A DNA stretch of 64,000 nt, from positions 67,815 to 131,814 of the forward strand of contig VGVQ01000010.1 in NCBI GenBank assembly GCA_016874005.1, in the 5' to 3' direction. The notes beneath the pieces were generated by a model, which saw nothing but the letters and a program-made list of their open reading frames with translations, did no database searches and had not been told where the DNA came from. A program made the translations under genes and the position numbers. The stretch comes from Gemmatimonadota bacterium. Its GTDB lineage: Bacteria > Gemmatimonadota > Gemmatimonadetes > Gemmatimonadales > GWC2-71-9. This document shows, one piece after another, positions 1-8,630 of this stretch. Numbering within the stretch: the stretch's first letter is position 1; every line of letters starts with the position of its first letter.

Positions 1-2
1 GG

Positions 3-191
3 ATCGCTCGCCAGGCGGACGCGATCGTGCTCCCGGTCTATCTCGATTGGGGGCGTCGGGTGATCGGCTTGCTGCCGCCCCCGCCGTACAGCGACGATCC
101 CGATCGAGACCTCGCCGGCATCGTCGGCCTATTCGCCCGATTTCCGCGAAAAGACGGCCGGACCATCGATGTCGCTCGCGCGGTGGGGTAA
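3..191 (+). CDS. C-terminal end of an unidentified protein (partial; gene begins upstream of the window)
   Basis: Frame 3 is open from the window edge to TAA at 189-191. It reads ...ADAIVLPVYLDWGRRVIGLLPPPPYSDDPDRDLAGIVGLFARFPRKDGRTIDVARAVG*, which is protein-like in composition. No family recognised. It is absent from the ORF track because it has no start codon in the window. Confidence 0.35.
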   Translation: MARQADAIVLPVYLDWGRRVIGLLPPPPYSDDPDRDLAGIVGLFARFPRKDGRTIDVARAVG

Positions 192-2811
192 GCCGCTGTC
201 ACGTCGGCTGCGCTCGGGGATCGCCCTCGCCACGCTGGGCTGGCTCCTCGCGGTTCCGGCGACCCGGGCCCAGACACCGGGAGTAGGGCCGGGAATCTCC
301 CGGGCGCTGGCCCTTCATCGACGGGCCGCGATCGCCGAGTTGCGGTATCACCTCTCGCTCGCCATTCCCGAGGTCCGCTCCGCGCCGGTTAACGGCACCG
401 TCACGATCGGGTTCCGGCTGCTCCGGCGGACCGACGTGGTCCTCGATTTCCGGGCCCCACCCGCCAACGTCGGATCGATCACCGTCAACGGCAAGCCGGT
501 GACCCCCCTGCTCTCGGTGGACCACATCACCATCCCGGCCGCCGCGGTCGTCGTCGGCTCGAATCGGATCGAAGTCGCCTTCATCGCCACCGACCTCGCG
601 TTGAACCGGCGGGAAGAGTTCTTCTACGCCCTGTTCGTTCCCGACCGGGCCTCGACCGCGTTTCCATGCTTCGACCAGCCGGATCTCAAAGCCCGGATCC
701 AGTTGACGCTGACGGTACCCACCTCCTGGAACGCGGTCGCGAATGGGTCGGTGATCGGGGCCGACACCAGCGGGTCGACCCGCCAGGTTCGATTCGCGGA
801 AACCGAGCCGATCTCGAGCTACCTGATTTCGTTTGCCGCCGGCCGCCTCCGCCAAGAGGAAGCCGTTCGCGACGGCCGCCGGTTCACGATGTATCACCGG
901 GAGACCGATTCCGCGAAGGTCGCCCGCAATCGCGACGCCGTCTTCGATCTCCACGCCGCGGCATTGCGGTGGCTCGAGGACTACACCGGGATTCCCTACC
1001 CGTTCGAGAAGTTCGACTTCTTCGCGATCCCGGCCTTTCAGTTCGGCGGGATGGAGCATCCGGGCGCGGTGTGGTACAACGCGTCGAGCCTCTTTCTGGA
1101 GCGAGCAGCCACTCGGACCCAGCTCCTTGGCCGGGCCTCGCTCATCGCCCATGAAACCGCCCACATGTGGTTCGGCGATCTCGTCACCATGCGGTGGTTC
1201 GACGACGTCTGGATGAAGGAGGTATTCGCCAACTTCATGGCGGCCAAGATCGTCGAGCCAGCCTTTCCCGATCTCAACCACCAGCTCCGGTTCTTCCTGG
1301 CTCACCATCCCACCGCGTCCGACGTCGATCGAACCGCCGGGACCAATCCGATCCGCCAGCCGCTCGACAACCTCGCGGACGCCGGTTCGCTCTACGGGGC
1401 GATCATCTACCAGAAGGCGCCGATCGTCATGCGCCAGCTCGAGCTTCGGATCGGCCCGACCGCGATGCGCGACGGGCTCCGGCGCTACCTGGCCGCGCAC
1501 CGCTACGCCAATGCGGACTGGGGCGACTTGATCGCGGTGCTTGGCCGGATCGCGGGGGATGACCTCGGAGGATGGAGCCGCGCCTGGGTCGAACGCGCGG
1601 GCCGACCCACGGTCCGGATCGAGCGGGCCGGACCGAAAACGCTCCGGCTGGTCGAGACCGATCCCGCGGCCCGGCGCCGCAACTGGCCCCAGGATCTCAG
1701 CTTGGCCCTGGTCGACCCCGACACCGTCCGGACCGTCGTCGCGCGGCTTCGGGGTGGCGGGGCGCTGGTCCGGCTCGAGGCCGAGCCGCGGCTGATTCTC
1801 GCGGCAGCCGATGGCGTGGGTTACGGGCGGTTCGTCCTCGACGACCGGACCCTCGAACGGCTGCCCGACGATGCGGCCCGCCTGGCCAATCCGCTCCACC
1901 GCAGCGTGGCCTGGCAGGCGCTGGCCGAGGAAATGCTCGCCAGCCGGCTCGGGCCTGACCGGCTGGTGGACGCGGTGGTCGCCGCCTTGCCCCAGGAGCC
2001 GGACCCATTGATCAGCCAGCAACTGCAGAACCTGTTGGCGGCCACCTTCTGGCGTTTCCTCTCGGCCGGTGAGCGGAACCGAGTCGCGGCCCCCGCCGAA
2101 GCGGCGCTGTGGCAAGCGCTGGCGGCGGCGGCCGAGCCCGGCCGCAAGGCATCCTTCTTCAATTCACTGGTCAACCTCACCACGACGCCTCACGGAACCG
2201 GGCGACTCGAGCGGATCTGGCGTCGGGCCGACTCGATCCCGGGACTGCCGCTCGAGGAAGCGCAGTTCACCTCCCTGGCGGAGGCGCTGGCCCTGCGGCG
2301 GGTACCGGACGCTGAGGCCATCCTCGACGAGCAGGAGGCCCGGATCACGAATCCCGATCGCCGCGACCGGTTCCGGTTCGTCCGGCAAGCGCTGGCCCCG
2401 AATGAGTCAGCTCTCAGCGCGGTGTATGATCGATTCCGCGATGTCGAGCAGCGCCGCCGGGAGTCCTGGGTCCTCGAGACCCTTGGCTATCTCAACCACC
2501 CGCTCCGAGCGGCCGACGCCATCGGCCGCCTGGCGGCGACCCTCGCGCTGATCGACGAGGTCAAAAGGACCGGCGACATCTTCATGCCCACCGGCTGGCT
2601 GCTGGGCGCCATGAGCGGACACCAGAGCGCGGCCGCGGCATCGATCGTCGCGGAATTCCTTGCCCACCATGACCTTCCGCCGCGGCTTCGGGGCAAGGCG
2701 CTCCAGGCGGCCGACGGCCTGTTCCGGGCGGCCCGGCGGCTCGATGGCTGGCAACCACCGCCCGGGACGCTCGGGGAGGTCGAGTCGCCCCGGGTCACTC
2801 CCAAACGGTGA
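169..2811 (+). CDS. M1-family zinc aminopeptidase (aminopeptidase N-like), probably secreted
   Basis: 880-aa ORF. It has a GGMEHPG (GxMEN-type) motif followed by HETAH + 18 aa + E, the HExxH-x18-E zincin signature. The N-terminus is signal-like (RRLRSGIALATLGWLLAVPATRAQ). Confidence 0.9.
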   Translation: MSLARWGKPLSRRLRSGIALATLGWLLAVPATRAQTPGVGPGISRALALHRRAAIAELRYHLSLAIPEVRSAPVNGTVTIGFRLLRRTDVVLDFRAPPANVGSITVNGKPVTPLLSVDHITIPAAAVVVGSNRIEVAFIATDLALNRREEFFYALFVPDRASTAFPCFDQPDLKARIQLTLTVPTSWNAVANGSVIGADTSGSTRQVRFAETEPISSYLISFAAGRLRQEEAVRDGRRFTMYHRETDSAKVARNRDAVFDLHAAALRWLEDYTGIPYPFEKFDFFAIPAFQFGGMEHPGAVWYNASSLFLERAATRTQLLGRASLIAHETAHMWFGDLVTMRWFDDVWMKEVFANFMAAKIVEPAFPDLNHQLRFFLAHHPTASDVDRTAGTNPIRQPLDNLADAGSLYGAIIYQKAPIVMRQLELRIGPTAMRDGLRRYLAAHRYANADWGDLIAVLGRIAGDDLGGWSRAWVERAGRPTVRIERAGPKTLRLVETDPAARRRNWPQDLSLALVDPDTVRTVVARLRGGGALVRLEAEPRLILAAADGVGYGRFVLDDRTLERLPDDAARLANPLHRSVAWQALAEEMLASRLGPDRLVDAVVAALPQEPDPLISQQLQNLLAATFWRFLSAGERNRVAAPAEAALWQALAAAAEPGRKASFFNSLVNLTTTPHGTGRLERIWRRADSIPGLPLEEAQFTSLAEALALRRVPDAEAILDEQEARITNPDRRDRFRFVRQALAPNESALSAVYDRFRDVEQRRRESWVLETLGYLNHPLRAADAIGRLAATLALIDEVKRTGDIFMPTGWLLGAMSGHQSAAAASIVAEFLAHHDLPPRLRGKALQAADGLFRAARRLDGWQPPPGTLGEVESPRVTPKR

Positions 2812-3802
2812 GCCCGGAACCTCCTCGGCCCTGATCGGCTCGACGACCGTCGAGCACCGGCTTGGCCGTCAGGATCGTGATGTCGTTCGCCTGGAACGTC
2901 AGACGGCCATTCGCCTCTGGGACCCCCGCCACCTCACCGGCTCGAATCCGGCGGAGCACCGAGACGGTCCGGGCCAAGGAAGCGGGCTCGGCCGAGACGG
3001 TGTTGTGCGCCGGATGCAGGCGGCGGAGACCCGGCAGGAGAGATAACTTGACCATGGAGCTGTCGTAGGCGTCGAGGTCGGTTTCCGGGACATAGAGCCA
3101 GATGGGGCCGTCGTAGTAGCTATCGCCGGTGAAGAGCAGCCCCAAAGCCCTGTCCTCCAGGGCCACCGCATCCGGGGTGTGGCCGGGAACCTGCCACACC
3201 CGGAGCACCCGCCCCCCCAAGTCGATCGAATCGCCGTCGGCGATGTGGCCGGTGGCCCGCCAGGCCCGGGTCCTGAACCCGGCGGTATCGACCAGCCGCC
3301 CGGCGCCCCCGCAGAAGCTTTCCCCGGCAACCTCGCCGGCCAGCTCGCCATGCGAAAACCCCGACTGGTTGGCGCCGGTGTAGGCCGTCTCGACCGCGAG
3401 CACCGAATCGAACTCGGCGTTGCCGCCGACGTGGTCGTAGTGGGTGTGGGAGTTGATGACGACCACCGGCAGCGAGGTGAGCCGCTCGACCACCGGCCGG
3501 ATCGGCACCATGCCAAGCCCCGAGTCGAACAGCAGGGCGCGATCCCGCCCGACGATCAGGTACGAGATGACTTCCTGGAATTGCCGCGGCTCCGAGAGCG
3601 CCAGCACGCCGTCACCCAGATCGCGGACCTCGAACCACTCGGAACCGGCGGCGACGACCGGAAACGCCTGATTCGCCTGGCGCGGTATCGCGTCGCACCA
3701 TGCCCCGGCCGATCCACCAGCCGAGTTGGCATCGGGCGGTGGGGCCGCCGACCCGCAGGCCGCGAGAAGGGCGAGTCCGGCGGATCGCGAAACGGAGCGC
3801 AT
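2795..3802 (-). CDS. MBL-fold metallo-hydrolase, lipoprotein-type signal
   Basis: Carries the HTHYDHVGG (HxHxDH) metallo-beta-lactamase motif. I trimmed the start from 3952 to ATG at 3800-3802, which gives MRSVSRSAGLALLAACGS (a lipobox-like LAAC). Confidence 0.85.
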   Translation of the reverse strand: MRSVSRSAGLALLAACGSAAPPPDANSAGGSAGAWCDAIPRQANQAFPVVAAGSEWFEVRDLGDGVLALSEPRQFQEVISYLIVGRDRALLFDSGLGMVPIRPVVERLTSLPVVVINSHTHYDHVGGNAEFDSVLAVETAYTGANQSGFSHGELAGEVAGESFCGGAGRLVDTAGFRTRAWRATGHIADGDSIDLGGRVLRVWQVPGHTPDAVALEDRALGLLFTGDSYYDGPIWLYVPETDLDAYDSSMVKLSLLPGLRRLHPAHNTVSAEPASLARTVSVLRRIRAGEVAGVPEANGRLTFQANDITILTAKPVLDGRRADQGRGGSGLTVWE

Positions 3803-3849
3803 CCGACAAAGCTGCCGGCCGCCGCCCCGCCTGTCAACGAGAGTTTTCG

Positions 3850-4263
3850 TTAGGTTCTGCTCAAGGCTCGAACCACCTCGTCGATTCGAACCCGGCCGAG
3901 GCCGACCCGGACGACCACCGCTTCGCCATTCGCGGCCCCCGGAGGGGTCCACCGCCAGACCAGGCTACCGTCGTCGTGCTCGGTGGGTGGAATCGGAAGC
4001 CGATTCCGATAGAAGTCGGTGACGCCCGTCATCGGGCCGGAAACCGCGAAGGACCACGAGGTCGCCACGAACCGCAATGGGCCGGCTGGCTCGTCGTAGA
4101 ACTGTTGCCCCTCCACGGCTTCGAGCAACGCACCCGGGAAGAGGGGGACGGAACGGGCGTACGTTGCCCCGGTCAGGCCGTCCGGGCTGTGGCTCGGCGG
4201 ACCCCACCCGAGCCAGATTACGGTCAGGCAGATGCCAATCACTGCAGGTCGAAGCCGTTTCAT
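3850..4263 (-). CDS. hypothetical secreted/membrane-anchored protein
   Basis: ORF with the internal start MKRLRPAVIGICLTVIWLGW (hydrophobic signal or anchor). It lies directly upstream of the MBL hydrolase on the same strand. No family recognised. Confidence 0.55.
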   Translation of the reverse strand: MKRLRPAVIGICLTVIWLGWGPPSHSPDGLTGATYARSVPLFPGALLEAVEGQQFYDEPAGPLRFVATSWSFAVSGPMTGVTDFYRNRLPIPPTEHDDGSLVWRWTPPGAANGEAVVVRVGLGRVRIDEVVRALSRT

Positions 4264-4357
4264 CGATGATCCGAAATCGATCACGTTGAGGGCTTAGGCA
4301 GCAAACTACGGACCAGCGACGGGGAAAGGATTATCTTGAGTCACACCTCGGGGAGCG

Positions 4358-4993
4358 ATGATGCCGACACAGCGCGCCCGGTGGGCCGAATTCGCAACGG
4401 TTCTCGGGGCGCTGGGTGCCGCGGGAAGCGATGACCTGCGAGCGCAAGTCGCCCGCGACGTGGCCGACGAGTTCACCCGTTACGAGCTGCTCGAGCCGGG
4501 CTCAGGCCGCTTCAAGATCAGCTACGACGTCACCGTGACCACCCCTGGAGCCCGGGTGTTCTTCAACCCCATCCGCCGCGGCAGCGAAGCGTCCGACGAA
4601 TCGGTCATCGATCCCGCGACCGGCCGCCCAATCGGGTTTCGGGTCGTTTCGGGCTGGGACGCGCGGCGAGAGGGGTTCGGCTCGGCCGACACCGCCGGCC
4701 GCTATATCCGGGTGCCGCTGCCCCGCCCAGTTCCCGGAAGCGGCGAGGTGCGCCTCCGGATCATCAAGACCTACCGCGACCCGGACTCGTATCGGGTCGA
4801 CGGCGACCTGGTGATCTTCGAGAGGACCCTCTCGATCCGCCGCAATGCCGTCGTGCTCCCTGCCGGGTTCGAGCTCGTCGGCGTGAACTACCCGTCGCAA
4901 GTGCTGACTCACCCGGACGGCCGGACCTCGATCAGTTTCTGGAGCGAGGGCCCGGCTCCGGTTCCGCTCTCCGTCAAGGGACGGCGGCTATGA
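4358..4993 (+). CDS. hypothetical protein, paralog A of a tandem pair
   Basis: 211-aa ORF with a GGGGAG Shine-Dalgarno sequence 5 nt upstream. Its C-terminal half aligns by eye with the next ORF: YRVDGDLVIFERTLSIRRNAVVLPAGFEL versus YRRDGETLVWDRAFGRAANAVVLPPGWRL. Stop and start overlap as ATGA with the next gene. Confidence 0.7.
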   Translation: MMPTQRARWAEFATVLGALGAAGSDDLRAQVARDVADEFTRYELLEPGSGRFKISYDVTVTTPGARVFFNPIRRGSEASDESVIDPATGRPIGFRVVSGWDARREGFGSADTAGRYIRVPLPRPVPGSGEVRLRIIKTYRDPDSYRVDGDLVIFERTLSIRRNAVVLPAGFELVGVNYPSQVLTHPDGRTSISFWSEGPAPVPLSVKGRRL

Positions 4994-5586
4994 AACCGGC
5001 GACGATCGGAACCGTCGTGGTGGTCATGGCGTCGAACCTCGCCGCCCAACGCCCAGTCGATCCGGCTCGACTCTCCGAGCGGGCCAGCCAGACCCGTGAA
5101 ATCGTCTATTTCCTCCGAGACCCTGACAGCCACACCTTCGACCTGTTTCACGACTACACCGAGGACCGGCCGGGGGTGAGCCAGTATCTCAACATCGTTC
5201 GGCCAGGAAGCCGGGTCAGCAACCCGTCGGCCATCGACCTCGACACCGGTGCCGCCCTCGAGGTCCGGACCGTGGCCGACACCGTGGCCATCGCGTTCGC
5301 GCCGGTCCGACAGGGGCGGACCGCCCGGATCAGAATCAGCGAGACGTACACCGATTCGACCCGTTACCGTCGCGACGGCGAGACGCTGGTCTGGGATCGA
5401 GCCTTTGGACGCGCCGCGAACGCGGTCGTGCTGCCGCCCGGCTGGCGGCTCACCCATTCGAGCATTCCCGCCACCGTCCGGCTCACCGACGACGGCCGGA
5501 TCCGGCTCGACTACATCAACCCGCGCCCCGACGAGATCGAGGTACTGATCCTCGCCAAGCGGCGCGCACCTGGGAGTCGTCAATGA
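4990..5586 (+). CDS. hypothetical secreted protein, paralog B of a tandem pair
   Basis: 198-aa ORF with a signal-like N-terminus (MKPATIGTVVVVMASNLAAQ). It is a paralog of 4358-4993. ATGA overlaps occur at both ends (4990-4993 and 5583-5586). Confidence 0.7.
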   Translation: MKPATIGTVVVVMASNLAAQRPVDPARLSERASQTREIVYFLRDPDSHTFDLFHDYTEDRPGVSQYLNIVRPGSRVSNPSAIDLDTGAALEVRTVADTVAIAFAPVRQGRTARIRISETYTDSTRYRRDGETLVWDRAFGRAANAVVLPPGWRLTHSSIPATVRLTDDGRIRLDYINPRPDEIEVLILAKRRAPGSRQ

Positions 5587-5960
5587 CACGTTGGTTGCTC
5601 GCCGCCGTTACGGCCACGTCGCTCGGATGCGGGTACGAGTCGGGGCCGGCCTCCCTGTCGGGCGAGTGGAGGGCGACCATCAACGCCCTGGGCATCGCCT
5701 CGCTCACCATGACGATCACCGAAAGCTCGAACACCTTGACCGCAACCGGCCAATGGCAGCCCATGGGAGAAACCGGGACGCGAACGCTGTCCGCGAACGG
5801 TCTTCGTTTCGAATCCGGGCTCAACATGGTCTTCACCTTCCAGACCGCCACCGGCCCCGCCATCTTCACCACCCAGGGGCAGACCGAGAACGAGGATTCC
5901 TTCTATCTCCTCTTCCCGGTCGGCGACGACCCCACCAGGGTGATCTTCACGCGGCGCTGA
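5583..5960 (+). CDS. small hypothetical lipoprotein
   Basis: 125-aa ORF. MTRWLLAAVTATSLGCGYESG has a lipobox (SLGC). It is translationally coupled to the upstream gene. Confidence 0.65.
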   Translation: MTRWLLAAVTATSLGCGYESGPASLSGEWRATINALGIASLTMTITESSNTLTATGQWQPMGETGTRTLSANGLRFESGLNMVFTFQTATGPAIFTTQGQTENEDSFYLLFPVGDDPTRVIFTRR

Positions 5961-6031
5961 CCCGGCGCCGCCGAGGACACCCAAGCGTTCCATTCTTCAA
6001 GCCGGCCGGAAAATCGCCGATAACCGGAAGC

Positions 6032-7252
6032 ATGCCGGTCTCGGACATTTTCATAGCCCGCCAACCGATCTTCGACCGGCACGACGTCGTGACGGCCTAC
6101 GAGATCTTGTTCCGGTCGAGCGAGCTCAACCGATTCGAGGCCCTCGACCAGAACCTGGCCTCGGGGCAGAGCCTCGAACGTACCGTGATGGGGTTCGGAT
6201 TCGAGCAACTCGTCGGCGACAAGACCGCGTTCGTCAACCTGACCCGCGACCTGCTCGTCGCCGAGGCGTTCACCCTGCTGCCCGCGGGGCGGGCCGTGAT
6301 CGAGGTGCTCGAGACGATCGCGCCGGATCCGGCGGTGCTCGCCGCCTGCACTCGGGCCAGAGACCTCGGCTACCGAATCGCCCTCGATGACTTCGTCGCC
6401 CGGCCCGAACTCGAGCCGCTTCTGGCCTTGGCCGACATCGTCAAGATCGACTGGCGGGACCCGGCAGGGGCGTCACCCGAGGCCATCGATCGGCTCCGTT
6501 CTCCCGGCCGGACCATCCTCGCGGAGAAGATCGAAACCCCCGACGAACGGCGTCGGGCCGAAGCGGCCGGCTGCGACTTGTTTCAAGGCTACTTCTTCTG
6601 CCGCCCGGAGATGCTCCGGCGGAAAGCGCCCTCCCCGTCCCGAACCAACCACCTCCGGCTGCTGCGGGAAGTCGGCCAGCAGGACATCGACTTCGCCCGG
6701 GTGGAGCGGCTGATCCGCGAGGAGGTGGCCTTCTCGGTTCGGTTGCTCCGCTACCTCAACTCGGCGGGCTTCGGCTGGCGGTTCCAGGTCGAGACGATTC
6801 AACACGCCCTCCGTTTGCTCGGTGTCCGGGAGTTGCGCAAGTGGGTCTCCGCGGTTGCCACGGTAGGCCTGGCCGAGGGGAAGCCCGCCGAACTGGTCGC
6901 CACCGCCCTGATCCGAGCCCGGCTCGCCGAACTCCTCGCCGAACCGACCGGCCTGCCGAGGGCCGACCTCGACCTCTTCTTGTCCGGCTTGTTGTCGGTG
7001 ATGGACGTCGTGATGGACGAGCCCCTCGACCGGCTCCTCGAGTCGATGGCGGTCAACCATGCGGTTCGGACCGGCCTGCTCGGCCACGAGCCGCCGTTCG
7101 GGCCGGTGCTCGATCTGGTGGTGGCGCAGGAGCGAGGCGACTGGCCGCGGATGGAGCGACTGGCCGGCGAAATGGGCACCGCGCCCGCCCGGGTGCAAGA
7201 GGCTTATCGTTCGGCCACCGCCTGGACCAGAACCCTCCTCGAGGCCGCCTAG
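6032..7252 (+). CDS. EAL + HDOD domain protein (putative c-di-GMP phosphodiesterase/sensor)
   Basis: Starts at ATG 6032 (MPVSDIFIARQPIFD...). EAL-domain landmarks are QPIFD, YEILFR, FVNL, EVLE, IALDDF, VKIDW, LAEKIE and FQGYFF. The C-terminal HDOD-like segment reads VRLLRYLNSAGFG...ALRLLGVRELRKW. The 147 codons upstream in the track ORF (5591-6031) overlap the lipoprotein gene in another frame and are not protein-like. Confidence 0.85.
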   Translation: MPVSDIFIARQPIFDRHDVVTAYEILFRSSELNRFEALDQNLASGQSLERTVMGFGFEQLVGDKTAFVNLTRDLLVAEAFTLLPAGRAVIEVLETIAPDPAVLAACTRARDLGYRIALDDFVARPELEPLLALADIVKIDWRDPAGASPEAIDRLRSPGRTILAEKIETPDERRRAEAAGCDLFQGYFFCRPEMLRRKAPSPSRTNHLRLLREVGQQDIDFARVERLIREEVAFSVRLLRYLNSAGFGWRFQVETIQHALRLLGVRELRKWVSAVATVGLAEGKPAELVATALIRARLAELLAEPTGLPRADLDLFLSGLLSVMDVVMDEPLDRLLESMAVNHAVRTGLLGHEPPFGPVLDLVVAQERGDWPRMERLAGEMGTAPARVQEAYRSATAWTRTLLEAA

Positions 7253-7310
7253 CGGCCGCTTACCAGTCCTCGGTGCCCGGTGGTATCTTGGCGATGCCAG
7301 GGGGGTTCCG

Positions 7311-8159
7311 ATGGACGACCCAAAACCGCGTGACGACGAACTCGATGCCGCTGGTTTGACCGACGTCGGACTGGTCCGCAAGGAGAATCAGGACCACTTC
7401 CTCTTCGCGACGTTGCACAAGACGGTCCGGGTCGGGACCACCAGCCTCCCGAACCCCTCGGCCCTGGAAACCGTGAGCGAGCGGGTCGCCTCCATTACGA
7501 TGGTGGCCGATGGCGTCGGGGGCAGTGAAGGTGGTGAAGCGACGAGCCGGATCACCATCGAGACGGTCACGAGCTACGTCAACCGGACCATGCAATGCTA
7601 CTATCGGGCCGGTGAGCTGGACGACGACGCCTTCCTGACCGAGCTTCGCGCGGCGGCCCTGGCGACCCATGACGCGGTGTCCGAACGAGCGGTCGAACTC
7701 GGCCTCGCGAGAATGGCCACCACCTTGACCCTCGGTCTCGCCGTGTGGCCCAGGTTCTTCCTCCTCCAGGTCGGCGATAGCCGGTGTTACCGGCTCCGGG
7801 CCGGAAAGCTCGAGCTTCTCACCCAAGACCAGACCATGGCGCAGGCCCTCGCCGATCAAGGGGTGATACAGCCAGCTGATGTCGCCCGGTCGCCGTTTCG
7901 CAACGTTCTGGCCAGCGCCATCGGCCGGGAAGCGGCCCCGGCCGTCACCGGGCACGACCTCAAGCGCGGCGATGTGGTGCTGATGTGCAGCGACGGACTC
8001 ACCAAGCATGTTTCCGACGAGCAAATCCGGAACCGCTTGGAGACGTTGACGAGTTCGAAGGAAGGCTGTCGCCAACTGGTGAGCGACGCCCTGGCTGGCG
8101 GCGGCACGGACAACGTCACCGTGCTGATCGTTCGCAACGTCAGCCTCCCCGCGACCTGA
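7311..8159 (+). CDS. PP2C-family Ser/Thr protein phosphatase
   Basis: Starts at ATG 7311 (MDDPKPRDDELDAAGLTDVGLVRKENQDHF). PP2C motifs present are TDVGxxRxxNQD, MVADGVGG, CSDGLT and GGTDNVTVLIV. Confidence 0.9.
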   Translation: MDDPKPRDDELDAAGLTDVGLVRKENQDHFLFATLHKTVRVGTTSLPNPSALETVSERVASITMVADGVGGSEGGEATSRITIETVTSYVNRTMQCYYRAGELDDDAFLTELRAAALATHDAVSERAVELGLARMATTLTLGLAVWPRFFLLQVGDSRCYRLRAGKLELLTQDQTMAQALADQGVIQPADVARSPFRNVLASAIGREAAPAVTGHDLKRGDVVLMCSDGLTKHVSDEQIRNRLETLTSSKEGCRQLVSDALAGGGTDNVTVLIVRNVSLPAT

Positions 8160-8192
8160 CCCAGTGACCGGCTGCCGTCGCTGGACGGCTCG
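8126..8192. repeat. copy 1 of a ~67-bp direct repeat (PP2C 3' end + stop + first codons of the next gene)
   Basis: My hand alignment of 8126-8192 with 8564-8630 gives 59/67 identical positions (ATCGTTCGCAACGTC...GACCTGACCC.GTGACCGGC.GCCGTCG.TGGACG.CTCGC). Weaker similarity seems to continue downstream (GCCATCGCGG, CTGGCCG). Confidence 0.8.
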
Positions 8193-8361
8193 CCGAGCGG
8201 GGTTGGCGGCCATCGCGGTGTCCCGGTCGGAGGAGCTGGCCGCCGGGGCCCGGCTCGGCTGGAGATGACGCTGCCCGAAGAGGAAGAACGCCGCGCGCTG
8301 AGAGGCAACCATTCCCGCCGGCCCCGCGTCTAACCAGCCAACCCCATACACTGAGCATCCC

Positions 8362-8604
8362 ATGGCGCTCCGTCGCTGGGTTCTCGCGGCCATTGGTGCA
8401 GGTGGACTTGGCTGCTCCGCCGGTCAAGCGGCCCCCAAAGTCCTCGCGACCTACGACACCCTCAGTACCGGCACCGTGCTAGTAACCAGTCCGGAGCCCA
8501 CTGGGTGGAGCGACTCCAGCCGCGCCTGGCGGGTCGAGGAGGTCGCCCGCTACGCGCTATCGCATCGTTCGCAACGTCGGCCTCCGGGGGACCTGACCCG
8601 GTGA
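8362..8604 (+). pseudogene. N-terminal fragment of a lipoprotein gene (beta-propeller-lipoprotein-like), fused to repeat copy 2
   Basis: MALRRWVLAAIGAGGLGCSAGQ carries a lipobox. About 45 protein-like residues follow (VLATYDTLSTGTVLVTSPEPTGWSDSSRAWRVEEV). The frame then runs into the duplicated PP2C 3' end and stops at 8602-8604. An 80-aa product is too short for such a protein. Confidence 0.5.
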
Positions 8605-8630
8605 CCGGCCGCCGTCGTTGGACGACTCGC
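8564..8630. repeat. copy 2 of the ~67-bp direct repeat
   Basis: See copy 1. In the PP2C-equivalent frame, copy 2 still reads IVRNVGLRGT* against the genuine PP2C end IVRNVSLPAT*. It also contains the GTG (8601) that starts the hydrolase gene. Confidence 0.8.

Noticed and set aside
199-2115. 638-aa ORF antisense to the M1 aminopeptidase. The same class includes 13473-14975(-), 15734-17926(+), 17859-20663(+), 33607-35205(-), 40992-42266(-), 43943-45733(+), 53173-55152(+), 58903-60834(-) and 61736-63472(-).
   Set aside because: All of them lie opposite or out of frame to genes with unmistakable family motifs (M1, GGDEF, SSS, S9, DnaK, ClpX, GspE, GlmS, GlnS). Their translations are R/P/G/A-rich low-complexity strings, which is typical of shadow ORFs in high-GC DNA.
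4990-4993. ATGA/GTGA/TGATG stop-start overlaps (4990, 5583, 42212, 42800, 49242) as possible recoding sites.
   Set aside because: These are ordinary translational-coupling overlaps between complete adjacent genes. No frame needs to be read through.
5591-6031. N-terminal 147-codon extension of the EAL-HDOD ORF. Similar long 5' extensions occur on the PP2C, glmS, glnS, dtd, tig, ilvE, S9 and CocE ORFs.
   Set aside because: The extensions overlap upstream genes or intergenic DNA. They are compositionally junk, and each is followed by an internal start that yields the canonical family N-terminus or a signal peptide.
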